64,000 bases of DNA, taken from Octopus bimaculoides. Lineage: Eukaryota. Below, in pieces: positions 62,551-64,000 of the stretch; within the stretch, counting starts at the first letter, position 1, and every line of letters starts with the position of its first letter. A program made the translations under genes and the position numbers. The stretch lies in assembly GCF_001194135.2 (NCBI RefSeq), contig NC_068984.1, forward strand, positions 17,985,765 through 18,049,764. Direction: 5' to 3'. Under the pieces are notes generated by a model, which was given only the letters and a program-made list of their open reading frames with translations, was not told the origin of the DNA and made no database searches.

Positions 62551-64000
62551 CTGTGTGTGTATATGTATAAAAACCTATTATAAACAACAATGTATTCTAT
62601 ATTTCTTTTACTATACCACTTCACTTTAAAATCTATTCCTCTTTCTGTTGGAATTCTATAGGCTGAAGGAAATCTAACTTAATCCTCTCTTTTCATTTTT
62701 CTTTTACACATCAGACTCATTTTCTTTGTTCAAAGAGAAAATGCCACCAACCTGCAACTCCATTTAGCTAAATTATAAAATGCTACTCTGATTTAGTTTC
62801 TAAATATTTACATTTTGCTGTTGTTATTGTTGTTATTTTTTTAACCATATAAAAACTTGCTGTAAAAACTACTGGAAAATAGCTATTAGTGAAAGGTGAT
62901 AAAATTGTTCAAGGTCATTGCATTTTTAATGCATAAAATAATGTGCATGTGTGTGTGTATGTATGGATGTATGTATGTATATAAAATACTCTTGTTAGAT
63001 CACATAAACTCTGCGAGAGTTGAGAGTTTCAAATCACTAATAATCATTCTACAGAATATTTTGAATGGTTTACCTTCTTTGACAATAGATTGTTATGGTT
63101 TCTAACTTTATTCACATCATTGAGTGAAATGTACTTTAAAAAACAACAAAAAAAAAACCCCACCAACAAAAGATGCAGTCTAGCAAATCAGAAATGATCA
63201 GTTTATGGTTTTATTTAGGTGTATCTGCTTTTGAGAAAATGCAGTAGTGCTTAGTAACCTGTGCCATGTTAAAACTGAAGATACTTACTGAGCTGTGTGA
63301 TTAGGAAGTTGCTTTAGAAAAAAACAGGAAAAAACAAAGAACACTACGATGTTTGGGAACGGGTGGCTTAATAGGCTTTCTCTGAGAACGCAAACTATGC
63401 TGTGTAGTTGCAGAAGTGTTCTCTTCTTCCATTATGCTACCATTCCTCTGCTTGTCTCTCTCTTCTTTCTGCGTATTTCACCTTAGACAATAAACTATTC
63501 ATTGTTTAGTTTGCATCTCTTCTCTCATGTATTATTCATTAATTTATTTATTTTCATTTTTAGTTTTTCCTTGTTTCAAATCCCATTTGTTAAATTAGAA
63601 TAGTCTAATGTACGGGTTTTAAAATAAAGGAAATTGGAAATCTGTAATGATTTGCACTACTTGTCATTCGGCTACTGCATTGCATCACTGAGGAAAAAGA
63701 ATATAGAAAGAAAAAACAAAAAGATTCTTTCTTTAAACGTTTTCATCTTTCATGTATTTCCTATTAAAGTTTGAAAATGCTTCTCTAAGGATGTGATGCA
63801 AAGACCAATACAATATTACGGGTATAGCTAGAAATTATCACACATATAAATACTTATGTGTGTGTGTGGCAATTGAAACTACTACAAATTATAAGGGTGC
63901 TATTTCGAAACAGCTATTTTGAGTCCAAAAAAATAAATATGGAGTCTCTCATTATTCTCTGTTCATGAAGGAGAGAAATGACAAGTTGCCTCAAAGGGAA

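Overview
AT-rich, repeat-dense eukaryotic genomic DNA with no recognisable protein-coding gene. The SINE families, RTE/R4-Dong/CR1 LINE remnants and heavy (TA)/(CA)/(TC) microsatellite load point to an octopod cephalopod (Octopus; inference). It looks like a short-read scaffold, with 7 N-gaps and typical gap-edge artefacts. The window reads like the interior of very long intron(s) or intergenic DNA. Every ORF in the track that I can assign is a decayed retrotransposon ORF or a microsatellite artefact. Supported features: many tRNA-type SINEs (working names A, A', B, plus a SINE with a conserved central domain), 5'-truncated RTE 3'UTR copies (family C, some very young), RTE (one with a PHD-like finger), R4/Dong and CR1 fragments, piggyBac-, hAT-, MULE- and TcMar-type MITEs with target-site duplications (TSDs), and U6 and 5S RNA fragments. 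Most interesting observations: (1) a recursive-splice-site/RS-exon-like architecture at 54.9 kb plus several microexon candidates on the + strand; (2) a U6-SINE composite bounded by a 7-bp direct repeat, with a parallel 5S-SINE junction; (3) an 84-bp-arm near-perfect hairpin; (4) a 312-bp CpG-rich insert of unknown origin; (5) Penelope-type minimal hammerhead motifs. All splice-based calls rest on motifs only. Repeat boundaries are approximate unless a TSD is quoted.
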